64,000 nt of DNA from Podarcis vaucheri (lineage: Eukaryota), in the NCBI GenBank assembly GCA_965113315.1, contig OZ220363.1; one strand, written 5' to 3'. Below, piece after piece: positions 27,101 through 41,500 of the stretch. The notes under the pieces are model-generated. The model was not told the DNA's origin, searched no databases, and saw only the letters and a list, made by a program, of their open reading frames with translations. The position numbers were made by a program, and so were the translations under genes. Each line of letters begins with the position of its first letter. Position 1 is the first letter of the stretch.

Positions 27101-30100
27101 GATTAAAAAGAGACAGTGTCAGGTTCTTTATGTCCAACATTTAAAGTTTCTTATCAGTGGGTTACACAAAGAATACAGTATGTATTTTATGTATCAATGC
27201 GTCCCAAACCACCAAATATATTTCAATTCAAAGTGTAATAAGCGATAAGAAAAACTATTTCTATAAACACTAAAAAAGAACCTATGTAAAAAAACAATTA
27301 GTTTGGGTCTGAATATGCCTGTAATAACCACTAGGCTTCTTCTAGCTTTACGTATGTTAACTATATCAGACTCCAAATCATTTTCATCAGGGCAAAAAGA
27401 ATAGCAAAAAATGGGGAGGGGATCTAAAAAAGAAATACACACCATTCTATTCAAATGATACCCTAAATTTTCATCCCTGTGGCAGAAAACTTCAGATAAT
27501 TCCAGATGCTGGCCCAATGGGCCAGTGGCAGAATCATAATAGGCTTAATGGAAATTCAAGTTGGAAATGCATTACTGTATTTTAATATTTTGTTGAAAGC
27601 CACCCAGAGTGGCTGGGGAAGCCCAGCCGGATGGGCGGGGTATAAATAAATAAATTATTATTATCATCATCATCATCATCATCAAGTACTAGTAGTGCAC
27701 TTCATTTCCCCTCCCCAAAAAGGAAGGAAGAAGCTGGGAATGCTACAATGTAAGAAGCAAACTCAGCTCTTACAAGAGCAGAGAAAGATAAGTGCAGAAA
27801 GTTTCTTCTGCTATGGAAACAGGGCATGGGAAAGCACAGATAGAAATGGGAGAGGAAACAGGCTCAGAACACTTGAGAGCAATTCAGGATTTGTCTGCAG
27901 TAGGAGAAAGACAGCTAATTATAATTTATCCAGAAAACCTAATCAATTTCCCCATGCTTTATTTGATGGAACAACACCAAATAAACAAACAGCGATAAGC
28001 ACATTCAAACTGAAAATGAGATTTCTGGAGGCTCCCTCGATTCCCTGGTGCTATTATTTATTAAAGGTATACACACCATGGCTGCCCTTCTTTCCCCATC
28101 CATCACAATTCTGCTTGCTCCCTATGCACATTGGTACAGAAGGTTACTGTATCCATTAAAGGGAATTCATCTCAAACTATGGGAGGGGAGTCATGCTTCA
28201 GAAACCCATCTGACAAATATGTTTGCAATTATATAGTTGTCTTTGCACAATCTCTTGAGACTGGGTAGGCTCTTTTTTTCTACATATGCATGGCATTGTC
28301 TGCTAGAAACCCTCAAAACTATATTTCCTTCTGTCCTTTGGATGGTGAGTGAACGTAGCAAAAAGTATTATATTTGTTCTTGTAGGTTTTGCTTTGGTGG
28401 AAAATATAAGATTATATATTATACAGAAACACCCACAGCACAAGGGCTAGAATTGAAGATGAATGAACATGAAGTCCAAAGCTGCAATCCTGCACACTTG
28501 TACTTGGGAGCAGATCCCCAGAAATCAATGGCATAGTACTGGGCCATTTTCCTCTCAATAGTAATTTGTTTTTGTGGCAACTAGTCCCTGGTGCACACAC
28601 TCCCAAGAAACTGTTTCCATTACAGACCAGACTATTCTGCCTGTAAGACTATGTGAACAATGATTAAAGTTCCCTATGCCAGCATCATACGGCTATCTCC
28701 ACTAGCCTAGCCATAAAATTCCAAAAAGCATAGAAACACCAGAAATGCTTAGCCAATATTTCTCCAAGCTGTGAGAAGAGCATATATGAATAGTCTTTGC
28801 AGTCCGAGTGAGAGTGAAGCACATTACTGCAGCAATGATAAGGCAAATGTTTGAATGGGAAAGATGCAATCAGATTCTAATGCAGTGCACACTTTCCTGC
28901 ATTCCATATACACATAAATACACACCAATAGAAGCTACAAAATTTTCCTCCTTTAGACTCCTTGTGTCAAACTCCCTCGGCCCTTTCCCTGCAGGGCTTG
29001 GGGCCCTTGGCATGAGCTGGGGTACTGGCAGTTGCACCTTGGGTTTCGGTTCAACCCTCGTGGCTAACATAGGGTCCTTGCCAACCGGAGTGCTTGCTCC
29101 ATCTGTTGGGCTTCGTTTTCTTTTTTCTGGCTCTTTAAAAGAAAGGAGGAGAGAGAAATCAGCAGCCAAAAAAGAAAAAGAAAAAAGGAAAACACATACC
29201 AGCAATGGTAAAAATAGAAGGATTAAGAAAAAAATGGGAGAAGAGTACAGAAGAAAAAGATTGTTCAGATGGCGTTTACAGATAATGAAAAAACAGCTCT
29301 CACATTTAGATCTCAAAATCAATATTCAAAAGCAGTACTCAAAACACAGAGTCTAAAGTCTTCGTACCCAGTATCTCAAAGTACATTTCTCACATGAGAT
29401 TGACTGGCTAAAATTTGCTTCAGAAGACTTTCTGCAGGAAAGTCTAAGATCCAGTAAGTAGTACTATGTTATGGATTTAAACAAATTTAATACTGGGCAA
29501 TATCAAACTACATCTCATAAGGGAATCCCTTTGCTCTGTCCCAGCTTCTGCCAACGTAGCAGTTTGAAAGCATACCAGTGCAAGTAGATAAATAGGTACC
29601 GCTGCTGTGGGAAGGTAAATGGCGTTTCCATGCGCTCTGGTTTCCGTCATGGTGTTCTGTTGTGCCAGAAGCGGTTTAGTCATGCTGGCCACATGGCCCG
29701 GAAAGCTGTCTGTGGACAAATACCAACTCCCACGGCCTGAAGCGCAATGAGCACCACACCCCATAGTTGCCTTTGACTGGACTTAACTGTCCAGGGGTCC
29801 TTTATCTTTAGCTTACTAATAATTATTAATAATTCCAGCTCCCCATCTTTCTAGTTCTCATGGCAAGTTTCAAAATGTAAAGAAAAACCAATTGTGCTGG
29901 GGTACAACATGGATACTAGATTTAGATAATTTAGATTTAGATAATACTGCTCTTTGCAACCCTCTCACCTCCCACACTCCACCAACAGGATGTACTCTTT
30001 TAAATTTCTCAGCCTCTAGTAAAATTTGAATGGGTGCCAGAAGCTCCCTGTATATAATGTTTCCTCTCCCCCCCCCCCCATCATAAGCTTGGTAAGGCAA

Positions 30101-33100
30101 GATGCTGGGTAACAGGAGCGGGGAATGGCTGGCCCTCCATATGTTGCTGAATTACAACTCCCAGCAAGCCTGATCAGTGATGATGGGAGCTGTAGTTCTC
30201 ATCAAGCACAAGCTCTGTATGCAAAATGAAAGTATATTATACACTAGATATCTCAATGCAAAGCATAATATAACACAAAATAATACAGACTCAAAGAATA
30301 TATGTACAGTCTCGAATCAATCTTGGAGATATATATGCAGTCTTACAAATTACTATTCAATGTCTCTGAGTTCAAGAGTTCAACTGTAATGTACTGAAGG
30401 GAGGTGTAGTTCAGCAATATCTGGAGGGCCAATGGTTCCCCACACCTGCTATTTATATACACACCATTGCCCTTATATACAACTGTATCATCCCCACTGT
30501 GCTTAATAAATAAGTGCTATTGGGGCATGGGCCTTTTCCTTAAGCAGCTAAATATTTGCACTTTTTCTCATGGCTGAACTGCTGAAATGACAGACATTTG
30601 GATGTGCCAATGAAAACAAAGTAACGGCATTCTGTACTGGAGTTGACTGAAAATACATTGATCATTTTCGCCATGAAACTATTTGTACTTATAGAATTAT
30701 AGATGCAATTCAAAATACTTATTCCAATAAATTTCTTTTACATGGTTCAGTAATTACTCAAAATCTAAAGCTGTGATAAAATAAATGTGATTATTGGTTA
30801 TGCCAGAAAGTCAGACTAGCTCAGCTCTACAACAAGTAGGGCATTTCACAGATTTACGTTCATTTATTTTATATATTTCATTAGTTTATCTTATTCTCTT
30901 ACCTTTGTTATAGTAGTGAGTATGAGCTATTTCCAGTAGACCAAAGACGCTTGCCATTCCCCCAAGTCCAGCATTTGCATATGACTGCTCAAGGCTTGAC
31001 ACAGTACATTTCAGCAAATCCAACATCCCTTTATAAACCTTGCGGCTGATCTCCTACAATGGAAACATTCATAAGGGTAAGGATGCGTCATTTATTAGGA
31101 ACCTGGTTCAGCTCATTAACTTCCACTAAAGTAAGCCATAATTCCCTTGCATTCTAATTAACTTTCTGTAGCTTAACTACGCCTCCTTCAGCTTAGGACC
31201 ATAGGAAGCTGCTTTGTAGCAAGTCAGGCCAATAGTTCCTCTAGCTTAGTATTCTCTATGCAACTCACCAATGTTTCAGACACCACACCTCAAGATACCA
31301 GAGACTGAACCTGGGACCTTTTGCATACAAACATGTGCTCTACTACAGATCTATTTCTGTACCTAAAAGAGAATTTATCTTTATAGAATTACCTCTGTTA
31401 ACTAACTGTGCAAATGCTCTTTCTAGTAGGTGGAGGTTCTGACAGCACTTAAGCAAACTGTTGTGAAGCCTCCCTAGAAAAACCATTACTCAAACTCACT
31501 CAATCCCACTGATCTCAGTAGCTTTCATCAGTTTTTAATTGGCTTTTTTCAGTAAGTTACTTCAGTGTAATCAGTTCTAGGTCTTCATGGTTTCCCTCAA
31601 CCCTCCACAGCAGATCTAGGGGTCACACAGGTGCATGGGGAGAAGAGAGAAAAGGAAGTTCCATTACACAGCCAAAAGTGCTTGTGCTACTAGAACTGTT
31701 TGGTTGGATACCCTTCTGATTGTTAGGATCCTTTCTAATCTGGTTTCTGACCTGGTATTTGGAACAAAAATGGCCTTAGTCACTTTGGTAGATGATCTGT
31801 ACCAAAAGATGGGCATGAGGCATCTGACCCAGTTGATTCTCCTAGAGATCTCAGCAGCTTTTAGTATTGTCAGCCATGGCACCCATCTGGGCCACTGAGA
31901 AAGGATGGAGTTGGGAGGCACAGCTCTGTAGTGGTTCTGGTCTCCCTCACCAGCACCAGCACCCCACCTCTCAAGGGTCTCAGAAGGTCTACTACTCAGC
32001 CCCATGACCTCTGGCTTATGGAGTGCTTCAATGGCCCATCTTGTCCTCCATGCTACTTAACATGTCTGGTTGAAGTCACCCTGAGCTTTTGGCTTGGGTA
32101 TCATCAGTATCCAGATGACACTAAGCTCTACCTCTTGTCTGCATTTCCTGATCACAATGAGGCAGTATAATCACTCCCATTAAGGGAGACGAGAATGATA
32201 TCACCCTGGTCTTTCATCAACTGCCCTGATTATCAATTGGTTTCCTGGCTCAATTCTCTGCCTTGCTCTAAAGCCCTATATGGCAAGGTAACAAGACTGT
32301 TTCAGAATTACTTCTTCCCATTTTACCCAGGAACTCTGCTGCACTTCAAAGGCCCTCTCCACGTTCCCTTCCCATCCTTTGTATGGGCATGAGAGAAATA
32401 GGTTTCTCTATTGTGACACCTAGATTTAGAAACAGCTTGCCTAGGGGGATGCACCTTTCCCATTGTAGCATGCTTGCCTTTTGGGAGGTGATGAAGGTAT
32501 GTTTATTCTAGACACCATTCGTCTAACTCGGCCTCTGATATTCTAAGTACTGGGTTTTTAACTTATTGTTGTTTTGTAATCTATGATTTATTAGTTATGG
32601 TTTTACTGTGAGCACTGCAGCAGAAAGACGAAATAAAACCATTTAAAAGAAAAGAGGAACAGAGAACTGACCACATCCTGGACAACATCCTGCCGTGCAT
32701 CTTCCTCCGATTGGATGGTGCGATTAAGCTTGCTTAATACAAAGACACGGAGCTGCTCACTCTCCAGGAGACGGCGGACTCTCTTCATGTGAAACCAACC
32801 AACTCCTTGTCCATCTAGGACATTGTGCACCACCTCTTTCAAGAACTGCTGGTTCTCACTATATTATATGGATACACAAGCGATAGGGGGCATAACCCTC
32901 CAGGACACTTCCATAGGTATATTAGACTTTACAATAGGAGGATACTGACACAACATAAATCTACCTGTATTTAGCCATGCTGACTTCAACTCTAACCATA
33001 ATATGCTAGGTATCCTTGATGCAACCTGCATCGGATCCTGCTATATATCTCTATCACTGACTCAAGTGGAGCAGGTGGAATAACTAGGCTGGGGTAAGAA

Positions 33101-35499
33101 TTGTGGCTATCACACTTCCCCAGCCCTTTCTGCCATGTGGAGCGCCATTGCAGAAAGGAAGAGATGGGGCTGTGCCTAGATCTGTGGCTCAGCAAAGCAG
33201 AAACAGCCTGTAACTATCATTTTGGGTCAAAGTGTCCTGCTGCCCATCTAAACTAGACTCTTGTAACCTAGCATCACACTGTTGATTTGTTATGAATTAC
33301 AATCTCTATACTTTTCTCAGTAATATGTCTAACCATTAATACCTCCTTTTATTTCTGCATTTGGCTGTTTCTTATTTGTGCAAACAGAAGACGTTTTGTG
33401 AAAGTGGGTTTCCTAGTCTCTCCTCACCATATTGTCCCTCCTACCCTCCCTAAAAAGCAGCTTTCAAGAGTCACAAGATATACTGGAATAGGGTTGGATG
33501 TGGTGTAAGATCTACAGGGACAGAAACAGCCAAAACTAAGTGGAGACAACTTGCATGAGCTGATCAATTGTGTAATCCATTACAGTGATTCAAAGATAAA
33601 GTATAGGTCACCTTCTTTAATTTTTCCTTTTAGAAGTATCACCAGATCTTCTTATACTCAGAGCAGACGTGCCCAGGGCATGCCACATAAAGCTCATTTT
33701 GCAATGTACAGCAACTCTAAGCAAATGCTTTTACCTGGAATTACTGCTTCGTCCCTGTGGTGAAGGAGACTCTCTTTTCACTGTCGGGCTGTGCTTTATA
33801 ACAGAAGACTTTTGATCCACAAGTGCTCGTCTATTTCCTGAATAAGAGAGGAAGCAGAACAAGAAAACAGTTACTGAAAAGGATGCCCAAGTCCAAGAAC
33901 AGTACCAATGAGACACACAAAAGTCAGCTAACACTTAATTAAATGGACATACAAAGAAACTTGGAAAAGCAGCAGCATATTTTGTATTATTGCATCATAC
34001 ATCGGCAGAAAACAGTAATGGGAATGAGACAGAGACAAAAGAGAAGATGGTAACAAGAGCAGAAGGTGAAAGGCAGGAGTTTGGCTGCTCTGCATGCATT
34101 TCTGCCACAAGAACCATCTTCTGATTAGGCAACATATGGAAAAGCAATGTGTTACGGGAGTGTGACTAGTAGAAATCACATGATACTGGCTTCCAGTGGA
34201 AAAATTGCCCAAAAGACAGGCACAAGAATGCTTGCTGGGAGTTGGTATGTCATGCACAGTTCATAATGCAAGGAACCCACCTTCATTGCTTACTGGCCCA
34301 GCTTCAGTAATAATCTCCATTATAGTATTTAGCCCAAATACTGGGACACAAAATAAACAATTAGTAGTGCACTGCAAAATCACCACCATTTTTATATTTG
34401 ATTAGTTAATTGATTAATCCCCTCTCTTTCAGAAACAGCCCTAGATTAATGTTGGGGAACATCTACATTGGGGTGGTCCAGATAACAGCTTCCCCCATGG
34501 CTAAATAGGAATAAACTAAACATGGAAGGAAAACTTACGGAAGAGGTATTAACTAGCCAGTGTAGCAGGGGAGGTTTCCTACATTCCCTGTTCTATCGGC
34601 CCACCTGTAATGGTGCTTGTTCTTGATTTGGTCCTGGGATTAGCACTGCCCTTGTATGCCTTGTGAGCATTAGCTGTGCTCATTCAGTATGGTAGAGAGA
34701 CTCAAAACAATCATCTCTGTAGAAGCACATTTTGAAACAAATTTCCCAACCCTAATGGCTTCGAAACACAAAATCACAAGCTCTCATTTCTACTGTAAGG
34801 TCACTTGAAGGCTCAAAAGTTACTCTGAACCCCATTCAATTCAGGAATAATGCTTCTATTTTAGGAATTATTGTCATCTTTTATTTCACAGGAACTGCAA
34901 AAAATAAAGCTTATCTCCCTTCAGAACATGAAGGTAAATAAAACTAAACATTAATGAATAGTTGAAAAGGGTAATGAAACAATGGCAATGAATGACATGA
35001 AAAAATATCTAGCCATCTTGTATCTCAAAGAATTCAAACATTAAGAAAATTGTTATTTACCTGGCATACACAAATCATTAAATTGTAGAGTTGGAATGGT
35101 CCCCCAAGGGTCATCTCGCCTAAATATCTACTATCATGCCATCCCCACCACTCAACCAGTATGATACCTGTCAGGTCAGTCAGGTTATAATTTTTTCTTT
35201 ATATATGAAACTGACTAAATTACTGACAATTTTATCCTATAGAAAATTGGAGATGCCACATGGAACAAGAGTCATCAAGAAATGGCAATAAACTGCAGAA
35301 GATGAGACACAAAGCATGGAAAGACACGGAAAAACCCATCACTGTTTTCTTCCAATGTGTGTTATCAATAATAGGTTTAGCTAACAGAAGATCTCTGCAC
35401 AAACAAATATAGGAATATGACTAAATGGAAATATCCCCAGAGACCATGCAGAGTCTTCACCAAACTACTCACAGTCCTTCTGCGTTGGTTTCTGGTTTT

Positions 35500-35538
<39 letters not shown>

Positions 35539-38500
35539 CTAAGAAAATGTTAACTCTTATCCAAAGTCCAATGCAGCAACACAAAACTAACTTTTGGCCT
35601 TTATTACTAAAAGGTCAAAGGTCAGCAAACATCATACCAACCTTCATCCACATCCCTTCCCACTTCCAGATTAAAGTAATCTTTACCGATGAAAATGGAG
35701 AGGGGGAAGAAATAAATAAAATCAACTTATTAAAAACAACTTATTAAAAATAAAGCATTCTTCCAGCTGAGCAACCAAAAAAATTCAAAGCAATGGTAAA
35801 TTAGATTATCTTTCCTTTAACAACAGCAATGACAAAAACCAACTGTAGTACAGATAACATGGAGTAATTTCTACAGATTCTACTCCATATTTTTCAAGAT
35901 TTAAGAAGTCTACCTTAGGCTAAGTCCTATTGCTCCAAATGAATGGCTTTCAATAATTTTCCTCTTAAGGTAAGTTTTAGCCCTTTAGATAAGGGACAAT
36001 TAAAATGTGATAGCCTTTCCCATGAAAGTGTTTCACGTAACTGGTGAAAAGTTGAAAAGGTTGGTCTCCCTCTATCTGGGCTGACAGTGTCCATGTGCCA
36101 GGAGAGCCAACAGCAGTGATATGCAGCTGTATACATCTGAGGCAACACACATACACTAAGGATATGCTTGCCACATAGACTGTTGCCAGGGAAAGGGCTT
36201 TTAAGCTGCCTCCATGTGGGGTCTGTGAAATTAAATCAGTCCAGAGGATTAAGACTTTGCATTCACTTTATGCAAAATCTCTTTCCACCAAATTGCATCT
36301 CATACAGCCGGTGCATTAAAATAAAGACAGACCAAAAATAATACTCCCTTCCATACAAAAAAGTGTAATTAATAGTCACTTAAAGAATTCTGCTTAAGAA
36401 ATCTGAAGCATCACCCAAAATGAATTCCTAATTCTAGAATGCCTGGTTTCCCAAAATGATTTTTTTTAAGGGTTGGGTGTAATTCTGTGACTGCTTGGCA
36501 ATCAAAGGGATTCTGAGAGCAGTAAAAGGCAAGGAAAAGTGATTACCTTTCAGGCTAGGAAATGGAGTGTTTTTGTCTCTCCCAGCTTTGGTTGGAAGGG
36601 CTAAATTGGACAGACTAAAGCTTGTGCTGTGGTTCTTGTATAGGCTACCTATAACAAAAATAAAATAAATCAAGTGATCTAATCATCCCCTTATCTCATT
36701 CAGAAATTTACTGTGCAGTTTACATCTGAACAGCTTTCTGCACTCTGGGATAAACTAGACATGACCTTAAATGCAGCATAAAGGTTTTTAAACATGAAGG
36801 TAGCATCAGCTGGTGGGCACTAACGGGAAATTCCCCCACCCCAAGAACTTCCAGTTTCAGAAGTGGGATTTCATCAGGACCACAGCAGAAAAGATAGGCC
36901 TGACGGGCTGCCCTTCATGGCCCCTTCAGCACTTATTGGGCCCTTCCCAGTGCCTGTCATCACTTGGGTCTTCCAATGGCATTGCTACTGCAATGGCATT
37001 GTCATCCTCCTTACGCTTTTCCATGGGCATATTCTTAGTGGAAGCAGCCCTGTAACAGGCCACAGGTTGGGCAGCTACTTGGCGTCCAGGTCACTATGTA
37101 CTTTTGGCTATAAAGTAAGCTTTCACGTGAAGGGCAGAGGAAGTTGCTAGTAGCCTCCTCCTTCCTCTTATGTATGGCACCACAAACACCCAAAGGAAAG
37201 GGATGGAACAGCCTGCCAGCCTCCCCTTCCCTTGTGAAAATAACAACAACAACAACAACAACAACAACATTTATACCCCACCCATCTAGCTGGGCTTCCC
37301 CAGCCACTCTGGGCAGCTCCCAACAGAATATTAAAAACACGATAAAACATCAAACATTAAAAACATCCCTAAACAGGGATGCCTTTAGATGTCTTCAAAA
37401 AGTCAGATAGTTGTTTATTTCCTTGACATCTGATGGAAGGGCATTCCTCAGGGCGGGCGCCACCACTTTGCAAGAGCTCCAGGGGAAGGCTGTGGCCATA
37501 GAAGCACCACTACCAGGTAGGCAAAGGATGGCAGGTACAGGGGTGGAACCAGGGCATGAGTCCCAGTGAGCTTTGCTGGGGCATGTGGGTCCCAGCAAAT
37601 GACAGGTCTGAGGAGGAGGAAGGAGGTTTGATCCCCAAAATTAGCAGCCCCCCATCAACTGGTACCATTTCAATTTCAAAAATCTGCATGTTACCACATT
37701 TAGCATCATGTGTAGTTTTGCCCTCAACAGCAGGCTCTCTCTCCCTCTATGAGAAATGGAATAGTTCCTTACTTCTGCTACAACTCATGAAGATATTTTT
37801 GAAATGAGACAAGGGGAGGAGGAGGCAGAATAAACACTTTACTTGTTTATCCTGTCCCTCTACTTCTCCATTTAATTTATTCAATGAAATGAATGTATTT
37901 AATTCAAAATCTTGACATTCCATCATTTACATTCCACTATCTCATTCTTAAAATGTGCAAGGCAGTTAACATTCAAATCATTTAAAACATCAAATCGACA
38001 CAGCAGATAAAATTCAGCTTTAAAAAAGACTGGGAACTAACACAATGGTTAGGTAAGGATCAAGAGCATGTGAGACCACAGACCTGCTGGAACAAAAATT
38101 ATTTTGCTGATGTCTAAATGTCACTAGAGAGGCAGCCACCCAGATCACCCCAGCCTGGGTGCTATTGTGGGAAAAATGACAACTGGTAACCAGAGTAGCA
38201 CATTCAAGTTTATTGGCCCAAGGCTTTAGGTAACCAGCTCTTTAAACTGGGCTCTGAAACAGACCAGAAGCCAGTTAAACTGATAGAGTAAGAGCTCATC
38301 CAGACTTCCTTTGTGCCATATTTCTAGGCAGAGCTTTGCACTTCAAGGCACTGTGTCCAAGCACTCTCTTTTTTTTTATCCCAGCCTTTTCCCACTCTTT
38401 ATCGTTGAATTGGAGCAAATGGCAAATCGGAATTGCCGTTTGTTCAAATTCAGTATTAAAGAGTGGGTTTTCCTGGGGAAAGCTCTGGGGGGGGGGGGAA

Positions 38501-41500
38501 GTGTTCAGACATGGAGCTTTAAAGCACACACCTGTGATTAGAAAGTGTGGAGCCAAAGGCAAGTGTGGATGAGCTCTCACTCTCCTCCAAAATCTGAGTC
38601 ATGCCTAAATTTTGTTTGCTGGTTTTTGCACTAGTTGTAGCTTCTGTACATTTTCCCCAGGCAATCCACTTAAGGCACATTATGATAGTTCAAACTTGAT
38701 GTAACCAGTGCATACACAACTTCGGCTATTATCTGCCTTCTCCAGGAACAGGTACAATTGGTGCACTACCTGATTGTTCAAAGGGAGCGGGACCCCACAC
38801 AAAACACAGGTGAACCACTATTTTTGAGACAGCAGTACTATTGAACAGGAGAATTAGTAGCCCTATGACAATGTTGCTCACCTGACGTGATTGGAAACAA
38901 ATGAAGGAAGACCTGAGCTAGCTCTCTCCCTTCCACTGCATTCTCATCTCCTGCCCCTCCATTGTTGGTGTTTTGGAGGGCAAATATCTGCAAGCAGGGA
39001 ACTTTAAGTGCATGGAGATCTAGGACAAATACAGTAGGCTGCACACTGCAGTTGTTTGCCATACAAGGAAAACAGTGGGGCTGTGAAAAGTTAACTAGCA
39101 CATCCCAGCTACAGTGATTCCTCCATTGCATGAGGACACCACCTGAATAGGGTTTGTGCCCTATCTGAACTAATTTCAAAAAGGAGCTAGCAACACCAAC
39201 CTTGTAGAAAAGAGCACTACATAACTAGGGCCCATCACCAAACATGTCTTGTTGCTAGTTTCTGTCAACCTCACTCACCCTAGTTGGAGAAAGGTCATGG
39301 AACAGGTCCCACCAGAAGATCTCAACGCCCAAAGCTGATTCCAAAGCTATGAAGGGCTTAACTTTTCAGGATGTCATGAAATGAGTGTGGGGCTTCTGCT
39401 CAATTCCATGGCACTATGTCCTGTGGAATCCAGAAAAGTTCCATCTCCACCCACCCCCTTGCTGTTTAATGTCTATATGAAACCACTGGAACAACTCGTC
39501 CTGGAATTTAGGGCTCAGTGCCATCAATGTGCTTAAGACACTCAGCTCTCTCAATCTCTATTCCATCTGAATCAGGAGAGGCTGTGCAGGACTGGTGCCT
39601 AGGGGCAGTGACGGACTCAGTGAGAGCCATTAATCTGAAGGTGATTAATGTAAAATGTATGATGGAAGTGCTATAGGTGGGTGGTCCAAGTCCAGGAATT
39701 AGGGAGACTCCCTATGAAGGAACAAGCACATAGCATGGGTGTTCTTGATTCAAACCTGCCATTGGAGACACAGGTGGCCTCAGGGATCAACTATGACTGG
39801 TTAACCATCTAAAGACGCTGTTTGACCAGGATAGCCTGAAATCAATAATTCATGTACAAATAACCTCACAAATGTAGGGGAGGGATAAGGGAGCAATTTG
39901 ATTCAATTCACATTTAAAGCTGAAAATATCAAATCTGCACTTTTCAAAACAATATGGGAAACGGTCTTCCCTCAAAATTTGCGCTTATCTGAATTTTGTG
40001 ATGCAGTTCTCCAACCAACATTTACAAAAATGCATACCGTATTTTTCGCTCTATAACACGCACCAGACCATAACACACACGTAGTTTTTAGAGGAAAACA
40101 AGAAAAAAAATTCTAAACGAAACAGTGGATGTATGATTTTTGTGGTTCATGCTGTGGCCACAGACATGTGATCTGACAGTGAGTTTGGAGTAGCCCAATG
40201 CAAAAATCCTTGAGGATCCATGTGGATCCATGCTTTGTAACCACGTTTTTGCACCACTGCAACCCCAGGCAACAGTGGGTGCGTGATTTTTTTGGTGCAA
40301 GATGTAGCCATGGACATGCTATGTGATCTGATGGTGAATTTGGGTTGACCCAGTGCAAAAATTCTGAGGATCCATGTGGATCCGTGCTTTGTAACCACGT
40401 TTTAAGTGGGGAGGGAAGGAAAAGCACCCAAGGGACAAGGAGCACGCATGGGGTGTGTGGAGAAGGATGCTGCTAATAATGCTATTTAGCGAGCTGAGTG
40501 GGGAGGAGAGAGGGACAGAGAGCCTGCTTGCTTTAAAGGAGCCAACCGGACAGTGGATGTATGATTTTTGTGGTTCATGCTGTGGCCACTCTCCCACTTT
40601 GCTCCTTTAAAGCAAGCAGGCTCTTTGTCCCTCTCTCCTCCCCACTCAGCGGCTCTTCTCCCACTTTGCTGTTTCAAAGCGAGCCACGGAGGAGGGAAGG
40701 AAGGGGAACCATGGATCCTCTGCTCACGACTGCAGCAGATCCCTCCCGCCACCCGTAGGCATTTGCTCCATAACACGCACAGACATTTCCCCTTACTTTC
40801 TAGGAGGAAAAAAGTGAGTGCTATGGTGCAAAAAATACGGTATATGAAATTGCATAGAAATGACTATATTGGTGAAAATAACATACAAAATGCATCATAT
40901 TAGGAGAATTTGCTTGCAGAAATGTGGGCATCAATCAAAAGTATATACAAATATGTGTTTATGAGGAGAAATTCAGGCTAAAATCGTGAAGCATTTTCAC
41001 AAGGCTTTTTTCTTAATTTATTGCAAATTGCTTCAGAAATGTGGGGAAGTGAAGAGAAGATTGGTAAAATGAACAACTGAGAGAACCAAAACTGATAGAT
41101 TCTTCCATACCTAACCTGGGGTTACCCTTGAAGACAGCCCAGAAGCAGCAGCAACTGAAGAATGTAACAGCAAGGCTGTTAAATAGGGGAAGTAGATGGG
41201 ATCATTTTACAGCAATCATCAGAGCTCTGCACTGACTGCCTGTGAGCTACTAGGGCAAATTCCAGGTGTTTGTACTGATGTAATTAAGCCCCAAATAGCT
41301 TGAGGCCAAAGCAAATTGAAAAGCCCCTCCCTCATAGAGCCATCTCGGTGGCAGATCCACAACTGACAAACTCCCTCCCCATGGAATTTGTGTTGTTTCC
41401 CACATAGCTACTATTCAGACAATAATAAAACATATTTTGCCACTTTGTCATTTTGGCCATAAATTGGTCCTGAGATTGAACAGTACAATGTTATCATGCT

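Noticed and set aside
28808-29356. 182-aa plus-strand ORF
   Set aside because: Antisense shadow of exon 20 and its pyrimidine tract; no independent gene evidence.
33953-33959. 7-nt AG-TTTCTTT-GT unit with upstream TGC repeats in intron 16
   Set aside because: Not a multiple of three and the exonic donor context is poor.
34539-34604. Strong GTAAGT donor in intron 15
   Set aside because: All candidate acceptors give frameshifts or an in-frame TAG and have poor pyrimidine tracts.
36813-37240. GC-richer stretch with overlapping ORFs
   Set aside because: No recognisable protein and no compatible splice sites; possibly a decayed repeat.
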